Assembly: GCA_965204375.1 (NCBI GenBank)
Contig: OZ241986.1
Span: forward strand, 2,240,001 to 2,304,000
Reading direction: 5' to 3'
Source of the DNA: Candidatus Latescibacterota bacterium
GTDB lineage: Bacteria; Latescibacterota; UBA2968
Length of the DNA stretch: 64,000 bases
The notes under the pieces were generated by a model. That model made no database searches, had not been told where the DNA came from, and saw only the letters and a list, made by a program, of their open reading frames with translations. Both the position numbers and the translations under genes were made by a program. Shown here one piece after another: positions 37,386 through 46,399 of this stretch (position 1 is its first letter; each line of letters starts with the position of its first letter).

Positions 37386-39605
37386 CTACCGAATAACCAC
37401 GAACTTCTCGATATCGGTTTCGCCCGTGTCGGGATTGGTAATATGCGCTACGTACACGCCACTCACAATGAACTGATTGTTATCATTTGCCATCAGCGGC
37501 CACTCCTCGTCGCCCGACCCCGAAACGTGATCAAGCCGCGTGACCAAGTCGCCCTGAAGCGTAAAGATCCGGATAATAGCCCGAGCGGGCAGGTTCACAA
37601 AGAGCAATTTGTTGGGCTGTCCCGTGAAGTTAAAACCGCCATCCGACAAATTACCACCCAAAATACTGTAGGGATTGGGCACGACGCGAACGCTTGTCAG
37701 ATCGTTGACGGGAGCCGAAAATGGACTCACGCCATTGCCGAGACCGCGCGTGGCGAAAATACTGCTCTCTTGCCCATCGGCATCCACAGCCGTCACCGCG
37801 TAGAAATACCGCTCGCCGCGCACGACATCGGTGTCGATATAACTGGTTCCCGTAATGGGCGTATTGCCATTGACCGCTATCGGCGGATCGGGCAAATTGG
37901 TTTGATGGCCGACCATCTTGTAGAGATTGTAGCCCACGGCATCGGAAACCGCTGACCATTCGATCTCATTTTGCGCGGGACCCGATCTGTAAGCCACATT
38001 GGAAGGCCACGACGGACCGAGCGGAAGACTCGGCGCAACCCCGATAGGCCACGATACTTCCTTTCCCTGCACAGTGCCATTGACCGTGCGGCGATCTCTC
38101 CATGCCTGTCGCGCCAGTTCCACGCCCTTCATCAGCGAATCCTGTCCACTATTGAGAAAAGCCTCTTTCTGCTCAAAGGAAATCGAACCATTGGCCCACT
38201 GCGCGCCAACGCGCTTGTTCTCATCTGCATGCGGGCCAGCCACAACCCAGGCTTCTACGATATGAACCCACTCCCCGGGTTTCATATCCCAAGGTCCCCA
38301 GGTCATCTGAAATGCCCACATATCGACAGACGTGGGTTGGTGGTCGGGCGCGTCACTCTGGAAAATGCGCTGGTCGCGCGTCGTGCCCGGCTCCACGATA
38401 AAGTCATAGACCTCGGGTCGGGTATTCCCATCTGAAGAGCGCCAGCTAGAGCCTTCAACGCGCTTTATCAAGCGAGGTTGAGAGGATTCAGAGTTTGGAT
38501 CGTTGATAAACCAGTTGTTCCCATCGGACAAATCTTCAAAAGTCGTGGGATTTTGCGAGACGTAGAGCCAGACCTTGCCCTTGTATTCGGACTCTAAGAA
38601 CTCGCCAGCCGAGATCCGCGCGGCCTTGGCCAGTTCGAGAGCCTCGTGACCTTCGGCGGGCGCGGGTTCGCCGCGATCATCACCATCCGAGCGGTATCCA
38701 GCTTTGTTGGCCGAATCGGCGTCTCTTGCATAGAAGAGCTTTTGCTCGTCGTCGTAAAAATAAAGCTCATCCCATTCGCCGAGCGCGCCGAGGTTTGCCG
38801 TGCGGTGGCGCGAACCAACTTCTACTGCGCCCTCATCCCGCACCTCGCCGGCCGGACCCTGTCCACCGCCTCTCTGGATGTACGCGTTTTGCCCGATGTA
38901 GAGATTCTCAAACACTGGATTTGCTGTGCTCGACTCGGGACTCGGCGCAGACCCGCGCGCGCCCACTCTTGAGTCGGGAACATTGGGCGGATCGGGGCGG
39001 CCATAACTCCGGATCAGGATAAACATATCATCCTGTTCTGGACTTTGCCAGGCATAGAGCCTGCGCCGCTCCGTGAGACCACCTGCATACCCCACCTCGA
39101 GCGGGATCAACAGATCGGCAGTCAGATCTGGAATCACCTGATCGAGGCGGTCGGGAAAAATCGTCCACAGCGTCTGCGACAAATTCACGCCATCCTGCGT
39201 GACAGTTGGCGGTTGGTTGCGGTAAATTTTTGGCGTGAGACCATCACCGAGTTCAAAATGCGTGCGCGTAAAATCTCGCGCGTCTTCCTTATAGTCGTTC
39301 ACAAACTTTGTAAATGGCTTGCCCAGCAACTCGGGCTGGTCGCCCTGAAATGGCTCAAAATAGGAAGGAACATTAAAATTTTCTATGGCAAACTGCCACC
39401 ACCCGTCCATAACCCGCGCATTTTCAGTACGGACATCCGGGTTGGTGAAACCCGTCGCTCGTCCACCCGGGGAATTGATGATGACGAAATAGTCGATACT
39501 GGGCCAGTTTCCCCACATCCTTCCGATCCATTGTGCGCTGGCATCGCTCAATGGCATGAGCAATGCCGCGAACACCAGAAGTGTTGTAAATCGTCTTTGT
39601 ATCAC
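37386..39605 (-). CDS. Secreted protein with FN3 domain and T9SS type-A-like C-terminal domain
   Basis: Signal peptide ending ASA-Q; GYNLYK...YIDTDV...YFYAVTAVD (FN3); VRVVPNPY...IRIFTLQGDLV...SGVY...KFVVIR. Confidence 0.8.
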   Translation of the reverse strand: MIQRRFTTLLVFAALLMPLSDASAQWIGRMWGNWPSIDYFVIINSPGGRATGFTNPDVRTENARVMDGWWQFAIENFNVPSYFEPFQGDQPELLGKPFTKFVNDYKEDARDFTRTHFELGDGLTPKIYRNQPPTVTQDGVNLSQTLWTIFPDRLDQVIPDLTADLLIPLEVGYAGGLTERRRLYAWQSPEQDDMFILIRSYGRPDPPNVPDSRVGARGSAPSPESSTANPVFENLYIGQNAYIQRGGGQGPAGEVRDEGAVEVGSRHRTANLGALGEWDELYFYDDEQKLFYARDADSANKAGYRSDGDDRGEPAPAEGHEALELAKAARISAGEFLESEYKGKVWLYVSQNPTTFEDLSDGNNWFINDPNSESSQPRLIKRVEGSSWRSSDGNTRPEVYDFIVEPGTTRDQRIFQSDAPDHQPTSVDMWAFQMTWGPWDMKPGEWVHIVEAWVVAGPHADENKRVGAQWANGSISFEQKEAFLNSGQDSLMKGVELARQAWRDRRTVNGTVQGKEVSWPIGVAPSLPLGPSWPSNVAYRSGPAQNEIEWSAVSDAVGYNLYKMVGHQTNLPDPPIAVNGNTPITGTSYIDTDVVRGERYFYAVTAVDADGQESSIFATRGLGNGVSPFSAPVNDLTSVRVVPNPYSILGGNLSDGGFNFTGQPNKLLFVNLPARAIIRIFTLQGDLVTRLDHVSGSGDEEWPLMANDNNQFIVSGVYVAHITNPDTGETDIEKFVVIR

Positions 39606-39653
39606 ATTTCTCTCCTATGCTTCAAGACGTAAACATGTAAAAAATTATAGATG

Positions 39654-39700
39654 CCCTCCCAGCCCTTCCCCGCACAGACAAAGCCCGAACGGGGAAGGAG
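39654..39700. repeat. Intergenic GC-rich hairpin / REP-like element
   Basis: CCTTCCCCG (39664-39672) pairs with CGGGGAAGG (39690-39698); preceded by CCCTCCCAGC. Confidence 0.5.
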
Positions 39701-39730
39701 GGGTAGGTCCCAAGAAATCAAAATAGCTTC

Positions 39731-42700
39731 TTAGAAACTAAACCTGGCGCCAAACGTAATGTCCCGCCGGTCACTAAAGAGGAGCGAAGGCCGTCGTATA
39801 TCCGGGAAATCTAAGACATCGGTACCCGGTCGCTTGCCTTCTTGCAATTTGCCATTTGAATCTACTGTCCAGCCTATCGATTCCATATACGCGCGGAAGC
39901 GATTACCGGTATTCGTGCCGGAATATACAAAGGCCTGACCACCGCCGAAGCTCCCCACGCCTCCTCTGGGCGTGTCTTCGGGCGCAGTCCCAAAAATGTC
40001 GCTGCGATTGCCACCGCCCAGTGTGTGCGTATTTTTGAAATTGAGCGGGTTGGAAATTTCAACGAACAGCATAGGCGATCCCGGCATATCGAACATCTTG
40101 GAAATGCGCAGATGCGCGGCGTATTCATCAACCCACTGTGCGTTGAGCACATTAATCAGCGAAGCATCCGCATTGCCCGGGTTGTAGTTAAACCACTCAC
40201 CCGCCTCGCGATCAAAGTAGAAACCGAGATTCCAGCCGCCCTTGAGCATCCTCTGTTCGCCGCCGTAATCGAGGGGCGTTCGGAAATTGCCACCCAACTT
40301 TATCTGGGGCTTTGCCTTGAATGGCGGCGCGGCATGATTCGGACTCCATTCAAGCACGGTTCTCGAAGGCGTTGAAACCGTCTTCGCATCGCGTATATCT
40401 TGCCACGCTGTGTTGCGAACCCGCGCCTGGCGAATATCATAAGACAAGAAACCGGTAAAGAACTGGCCCCGCGTCTTCTGCAACTTCAGCTCTAGCCCGC
40501 GCGCATCAGTCACAAAGGCATTTTGCGTGTTGCGAGGCGCACCCGTGTTAAATGCTCCCCTGATCCGCACGGCAGGCCAGGCTTCGTTCTCGCCATCTTT
40601 GAAATAAACCGTTCCCGTCAAAAGATACTGCCCCTGGAAGCTGCGTTCATATCCCATTTCATACTGAATCGTGCGCTCCATCTTCATCCACGGATTGCCA
40701 AAAAACTCCAGCGACTGCCCCAAACCGCTCTGCGTGCGATACATATCGCGCGTATTCACAATCTGGTTAAAGTGCCCGTAGTTGATGAACATTTTGCTCA
40801 AATCCGTAATCGGATAAGACGCGCCAAAACGGGGGCTGAAAGCCCAGGTGGTTGGCGGACGCACCTTGCGCACCGCGCGATAAACAGCTTCGGCATCTCT
40901 GCCAAACCACGGGAAATGGGTTTCATTTGGAAGGTCGAAGTAAAGGTCGGGACGATGCCAATCCAGACGAACCCCGGCATTGACCACGATATCGCGATAC
41001 TCCATCCTGTCCTGGAAAAAGACGCCGCCGAAGATCGGGGTTTTCACAAAATAGTTGTTGTGGTCACCCGTCGCGCCGCCCGAAGGTACATCCGATTCAT
41101 TAAAAACGCCATCCCCGTTGATATCGCCACCGTTGGGCAAGTCCGGATCGCTGCGCCCGGTCCACGGAAAGACCACGTCATCGGTTGAACTGACGCGCGG
41201 GCCTTCGTACTCGTCCTTGTAAATGGGATCGCTGAATTCGGGAACCGCGGCTGGCACCATACCCCGGTTTTCGTGCAAATTGAAGTGATGCACCTGAACA
41301 CCGGCTTTAATCTGGTGATGCGGGGTAATCTGGCTGGTGAAATCAGCCGTAATATCGAGATCATCCATGGTGGACCAGTCGCCTGCACGGCTATTGCCGC
41401 CACCGCCCTGCATTCGGAAAATATTGAGAATATCATTGCCACCGGGTTTGTAATTCCAGCCAAAGGGCGCTTCGTTCAAAATCACGGCACCCCGCGCTCT
41501 GGCCGCATCGGCACTATTCTCATCGACCTGTTCGCTCGAACCGTCTGTATGGATGGCTATTGCGGGCGCGTTGGTCAGTTTTTGCGGATGCCATTGCGTG
41601 GTCCAATCCGCACCGCCAAACCGCGCCGTCAAGTTGTAAAACGTCTTGGCCGACAAAGTGTGTGTCCAGGAGACCAACCCGTGATTGCGCTCAATTTGCA
41701 TCTTCTGGAATTCGGCAGCGGGCATAAACATGCGCGAATGGTTATAGTTCTCAAAAACCGCCTGCTGTGTGCGCTGCGGCACGCCCACATTATTGCCCTG
41801 ATGGCTCCCGTGCTGGAATCCCCGGATATACTGCACACTCAATTTGGTCGTGGCCGTGGGGGTAAACGTCAGCTTGAGTTGTGTGGTATTGTCCCGATAA
41901 GAAACCGTGCCCACATCAAAGGGATAGGCCATGCGCTCTTTGCGGCTCGACGCCGTGAACCCCACCTTGTCCTTCAAAATCGGGCCACCAACCGTAATAT
42001 CCCACAAATAATCGTAATCGCGGTCTTCCGGGTTTGCGTTAAACGGACCATCGGCATACGGATCGTCTCCGTCATGACTCCGATGCTGCCACTCCCATAT
42101 CCCCCTGGCCTGCTCAACCGTGGTAATGGGATCGCCACTTACGCCAGCCACCCATGTTCCGCCACCGGCTGTGCGATTTGCGAGTTCCTGATTCCAGCCA
42201 ATAAAGTCCGGCTCACCATCTCCATTGCGGTCTTCGGTAGGCGTATTGGACTGAAAACGCCCCACATCCCACCAGTTTTCTTCAGCATAGAGATTTGGCC
42301 CAAAGTGCTTCTTGCCAGCGGGATTGTACGTGCCTTCTGCCGAAGTAAAAAATCGGCTGGGCTCTTTGGTCACAAAGTTCACAACGCCACCGCGGATATT
42401 CCCGTATTCGGCATTAAAACCACCCGTGAGCACCTGAACCTGCTTGACTGCGGTCTTTGAAAAAGATGTATAAGCGCGCTGATGGCGATTGTCCGCCGCG
42501 GTCACGCCGTCCATGTTAAAACCGATTGCCGTGGCGTTTTCACCGCGAATGGTAATCCCCCATGCATCTTTATCTAAACCCACCTGCGTGGCAACCTGAT
42601 CCCGAATGCGTGCACCAACGGGAATTGTTTCGAGTTGCTCCTGCGTAATCGCCTGCTGCGCATACGATACGTCCATCTGAACCGGGTCGAGGTCGGCAGT

Positions 42701-43078
42701 CACCACAATAGCGTCCAACTCGACCGTCGATTCTTTGAGCTGAAAGTCAACCGTTGCGGTGCGGTCTAAGAGCACTTCCACTTCGGTCTTGGAAACGCTC
42801 TGATAACCCACGAGAGAAGCCCGCACTTCGTAAGTGCCCGGCGACACGCGCAAAATGAAATACTCGCCGTTGACATCGACCGTTGCGCCCATCGTTGTAC
42901 CCTCCACAACGACATTGGCCCCGGGCAACGGCTCGCCAGTATCTGCATCTGTAACGCGCCCGGCAATCTTCCCCGTGGTCTGCGCCTGCAACCCAACCGG
43001 TAAGGCAAGCAACACTGTACACAACAGTGCCACCCAAAATCCCGGCGGGCGAAAAACATCACTGTAAACGTTCTTCAT
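39731..43078 (-). CDS. TonB-dependent receptor with carboxypeptidase-regulatory-like domain and large loop insertions
   Basis: QTTGKIAGRVTDADTGEPLPGANV, TGGFNAEYGN, FQDRMEY, NAGVRLD, SPRFG.SYPI, YGHF.Q, C-terminal FGARFSF. Confidence 0.9.
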   Translation of the reverse strand: MKNVYSDVFRPPGFWVALLCTVLLALPVGLQAQTTGKIAGRVTDADTGEPLPGANVVVEGTTMGATVDVNGEYFILRVSPGTYEVRASLVGYQSVSKTEVEVLLDRTATVDFQLKESTVELDAIVVTADLDPVQMDVSYAQQAITQEQLETIPVGARIRDQVATQVGLDKDAWGITIRGENATAIGFNMDGVTAADNRHQRAYTSFSKTAVKQVQVLTGGFNAEYGNIRGGVVNFVTKEPSRFFTSAEGTYNPAGKKHFGPNLYAEENWWDVGRFQSNTPTEDRNGDGEPDFIGWNQELANRTAGGGTWVAGVSGDPITTVEQARGIWEWQHRSHDGDDPYADGPFNANPEDRDYDYLWDITVGGPILKDKVGFTASSRKERMAYPFDVGTVSYRDNTTQLKLTFTPTATTKLSVQYIRGFQHGSHQGNNVGVPQRTQQAVFENYNHSRMFMPAAEFQKMQIERNHGLVSWTHTLSAKTFYNLTARFGGADWTTQWHPQKLTNAPAIAIHTDGSSEQVDENSADAARARGAVILNEAPFGWNYKPGGNDILNIFRMQGGGGNSRAGDWSTMDDLDITADFTSQITPHHQIKAGVQVHHFNLHENRGMVPAAVPEFSDPIYKDEYEGPRVSSTDDVVFPWTGRSDPDLPNGGDINGDGVFNESDVPSGGATGDHNNYFVKTPIFGGVFFQDRMEYRDIVVNAGVRLDWHRPDLYFDLPNETHFPWFGRDAEAVYRAVRKVRPPTTWAFSPRFGASYPITDLSKMFINYGHFNQIVNTRDMYRTQSGLGQSLEFFGNPWMKMERTIQYEMGYERSFQGQYLLTGTVYFKDGENEAWPAVRIRGAFNTGAPRNTQNAFVTDARGLELKLQKTRGQFFTGFLSYDIRQARVRNTAWQDIRDAKTVSTPSRTVLEWSPNHAAPPFKAKPQIKLGGNFRTPLDYGGEQRMLKGGWNLGFYFDREAGEWFNYNPGNADASLINVLNAQWVDEYAAHLRISKMFDMPGSPMLFVEISNPLNFKNTHTLGGGNRSDIFGTAPEDTPRGGVGSFGGGQAFVYSGTNTGNRFRAYMESIGWTVDSNGKLQEGKRPGTDVLDFPDIRRPSLLFSDRRDITFGARFSF

Positions 43079-43152
43079 GCTCTACCTCCTTTGGGGTGAA
43101 AAAAACTGCGACGAAAAACTGATACGTATTTTATGATTCTACCTCGAATGTA

Positions 43153-43181
43153 AGTTTATGGACTCTAATTCCCATTGTCAA
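43153..43181 (-). promoter_or_regulatory. Putative sigma70 promoter of the TBDR-CTD-PorV operon
   Basis: Minus strand TTGACA-N17-TAAACT; AGGAGG RBS downstream. Confidence 0.6.
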
Positions 43182-43226
43182 GCGGAAGTTCGCCCGTTAT
43201 CTTATAAAAAAAAAGGAGGTTATAAA

Positions 43227-44771
43227 ATGAAACTATCCAACATCAACACCACCGACATCACCGACGCAATCCGCCTGGGCTGCCGAATGATGTCCAATAT
43301 CTTCAACGCGGACGACAACAACATCCCCTTCTTCAGTTCCGAAGTCAGCCCAAACCCGCAATTGCGGTTCAGCGGCGTCCACACCGAGTCCCACGTGCCC
43401 GGACGGCACCTCAACGCATTGCTCAACGCCGAAGACGCGGGCGGCATATCTGTGGATCCCAATGCAATTGAAAAACACGCCAACGCCGCCTTCTTCTCCT
43501 ACAGCGGACCAGTCGCGCTTCCCCTCAACCGCACAGAAATCGATGGGCCGGTCAACAGCTTCACAACCCACAATGTGCGCGAAGCCTTCCACGCCCTGTA
43601 CTCACTGGTCAAGTATAGAAATTCCGATCGCGCGCGCGAGATCGCCGAAAACAGCATCCGGGACATATTCGAGCTATTCAAACCTGATTCGGGTTGGGAC
43701 TTCAATCGCCTTGAAAATGAGCACGGCATAGAAGTGCGCGAAAACACCTTTATCACCGGAATCGCGCGATCAATCGGTCCCCTGGTCAAATACTACCGCG
43801 CCACGGGCTACGGACCTGCACTCGAACTCGCCGTAATCCTGAAGGAAAAAACGACCCGCGAATTCTTCCTCGAATCGGGCGCTTACAACCGCGAGAGCTT
43901 CGGACCGCATACCCATTCGACAACCTGCGTCATGTCTTCGCTCGCACAACTCGCAGACCTTCTCGATGACGCGCGATTGCTCAACCGGGTCAAAGCATTT
44001 TACGACAATGGATTGTGGGAAATTCGCGATGAAATTGGATGGGTAATCGAGAACAGTGGAGATGAGGCGAGTCCTGATCGCGGAGAGATCAACAACACGG
44101 GCGATATTGTCGAAACAGCCCTGATACTGGGCAGAAAGGGATATACCGAATACTTCGAAGACGCCGAGCGCATCACGCGATGTCACATATTGCCCTCGCA
44201 ATTGCGCGACAACAGCTTCATCGAAGACCCGCCCAATCCGCACAACATAGACGGGCTTCGCCAGGTCGCAGACCGGCATCTCGGCGGCTTTGGCTTCCCC
44301 GCACCTTATGGCCACGCGCCCCTCGGCTTCGAGCGAATCAGCTTCAACACGGACATCGTAGGCGGGGGCGTCGGCTCACTCTGCGAAGTCCTGCGCGAAG
44401 CCGTACGCACCGAATCCTCAATCCACCGGGTGAATCTCCACTTCGATCTCGAAACCGAACATATCAAAGTCGAGTCACCCTACACAAATGACTGCCTGAG
44501 AATCACGGTCAAATCCCCCGGTCCCCTGTATGTCCGCATCCCGACCTGGGTCGATCCGTCCGATATCGCCGAGCGCTCCACATACTCCAATGGGTACCTC
44601 TTAATCCCCGCCCCCCAGATCAACACCCCCATCGAAATACGCTTTCCCCTCACCGAACGCGAAATCGTATTGAAACACCGCACGCGAGACATCAAAGTGC
44701 GTCTGAAAGGAGATTCGGTACTCGCGATGGAAAATCACGGCGCCGATCTGACCTATTTTGATCCCATATAA
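43227..44771 (+). CDS. Hypothetical protein, possibly an (alpha/alpha)6 glycosidase-like fold (GH127-like)
   Basis: Start ATG 43227 (AGGAGG RBS); helical core; C-terminal VESPY...LYVRIPTWV...IRFPL beta-domain resembling GH127 C-termini. No signal peptide. Confidence 0.5.
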   Translation: MKLSNINTTDITDAIRLGCRMMSNIFNADDNNIPFFSSEVSPNPQLRFSGVHTESHVPGRHLNALLNAEDAGGISVDPNAIEKHANAAFFSYSGPVALPLNRTEIDGPVNSFTTHNVREAFHALYSLVKYRNSDRAREIAENSIRDIFELFKPDSGWDFNRLENEHGIEVRENTFITGIARSIGPLVKYYRATGYGPALELAVILKEKTTREFFLESGAYNRESFGPHTHSTTCVMSSLAQLADLLDDARLLNRVKAFYDNGLWEIRDEIGWVIENSGDEASPDRGEINNTGDIVETALILGRKGYTEYFEDAERITRCHILPSQLRDNSFIEDPPNPHNIDGLRQVADRHLGGFGFPAPYGHAPLGFERISFNTDIVGGGVGSLCEVLREAVRTESSIHRVNLHFDLETEHIKVESPYTNDCLRITVKSPGPLYVRIPTWVDPSDIAERSTYSNGYLLIPAPQINTPIEIRFPLTEREIVLKHRTRDIKVRLKGDSVLAMENHGADLTYFDPI

Positions 44772-44834
44772 CGGTGGGCATGAAGTCACACAACGGTTAA
44801 TACCGCAGTCACTCCCATCTTCTTCAAATACCCT

Positions 44835-45695
44835 TCATCCTGAACTCTGTAGTGAGCCTCGGCGCAGCGTCAACCGCAAGTAATCCTCTGTCGCCTCGAA
44901 CTCAGGATCAACGCCGTTTTGCGCCCGCATCAGTGGAATGATCTTATTCCGCACCCCCATGCCGCGCGCATCGGAATAGCTATAGTCTCGCAATGTCTCG
45001 GAGATGAGCAAATTGCGGGGGATGCGCTGACCGGCGACCATTTTTTCAATTGTCATGCCATTTTGCAACGCACCGGGGCTTGTAATTTCAATGCGATCTG
45101 CGTAACGGGCCACCTCGATTTGCTCGTACCGCGTCCAGTCCCGATGCGTAAGCGCGTTGACAATGCCTTCGCGAAGCGCGTCCAGTGGATAGTGCCAACG
45201 CCGTTCCCTTCGCATAGACTCATCTACCTGCCCCGCCTCCTCGGACACGAATGGCCGCATCGCATCGGCAAGACGTTCAATGAGACCCTTTTCCACAAGT
45301 TCACGCCCCCCCGACAGCACCCGCCAGAGATCGACAAGCGGTCCTTCAATCACCTGATCGTCAAGAGCTTTATAAGTCTTTTCTTCCCCATCGAAACACA
45401 TCCAGCGGATACCGGCATGGCGCAACAGGCGGCGCGGTCGATAGCCGAACAAAATCAATCCGGCGATCGTACAGACAGGCGGACCATCCTCCCGCTCGAC
45501 CATAAATCCCAACGCGCAAAGTCGCTCATTCCACGCATCATCGGTCTCCGGTACATCTCGATCTCCGACAATAGCTGTGAGATAATCCACCAGCCTTTCC
45601 CTGCTCAACTCGCGAAGGTCGCTGCCAGAAACGGGCAATAATTCCGTGAATTTTTTATACATACCCACGTTCCATTCAATAACGCCAGTCTTCAT
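44835..45695 (-). pseudogene. N-terminally truncated AlbA_2/HATPase_c_4 (RecG C-terminal-like) ATP-binding protein
   Basis: ALREGIVNALTHRDW, EITSPG, PRN, DARGMGV motifs present. Family-like sequence appears to begin at TELLPVSG and no AlbA_2 N-domain is present. Confidence 0.6.
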
Positions 45696-46398
45696 GCGCG
45701 AGCGGCGCGCGGTTAAGCATGTCCCGATGCAAACGCCACTGAGGCATGAACGCATCCATCAAATCTCGAAACCGATCGCTGTGATTGCGCTCGAGTAAAT
45801 GCACCATCTCGTGTACAAGAATGTACTCCAGACACATAGCCGGTTTTTTTGCCAGTTCTAAATTTATCCAGATGCGCCTATCCTCCACATTGCAGGAGCC
45901 CCAGCGAGTCTTCATCTTTTTAATGCGAACCTCGGCGACCTTCACATCAATTTTGCATTCCCATTTGACGAGAAGTGGAGGCAATTGGTCGCGGAGTTGG
46001 CGGCGATACCAGCGATGAAGTATCGCTTCCCGGGCATCTCGATCATCCCCCGGACGAATGCGCAATCCCAGTGTGGTGTTGTTAAGCAGATGAACCGCCG
46101 GACGACCGTCGCGCTCAATCACCTTAAGCCGATAGCGCCTGCCCTTAAAGTAGTGGCTCTCCCCAGTCACAAACTCCCGCTGGGATTGGCGATCCTGCTG
46201 CTCAAATTCTGACCGTTTCCGCCGAATCCATCCTATACGCGAAATAACAGCCAACCGCACAGCTTCATCATCGAGGCGCAGTGGCGCAGCCACCCTTACC
46301 CGACCACCGGGAGGATACACACCCACATGGAGATTCTTGATATCCTTGCGGACGACCTCTACTGGTATCCCACCTATGTCGATGCGATGGCCTTCCAC
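45676..46398 (-). CDS. YgjP/DUF45 (M48/SprT-like) zinc metalloprotein associated with type I R-M
   Basis: MKTRWGSC, HEMVH (HExxH); directly downstream of hsdR. Confidence 0.9.
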   Translation of the reverse strand: MEGHRIDIGGIPVEVVRKDIKNLHVGVYPPGGRVRVAAPLRLDDEAVRLAVISRIGWIRRKRSEFEQQDRQSQREFVTGESHYFKGRRYRLKVIERDGRPAVHLLNNTTLGLRIRPGDDRDAREAILHRWYRRQLRDQLPPLLVKWECKIDVKVAEVRIKKMKTRWGSCNVEDRRIWINLELAKKPAMCLEYILVHEMVHLLERNHSDRFRDLMDAFMPQWRLHRDMLNRAPLAHEDWRY

Positions 46399-46399
46399 C

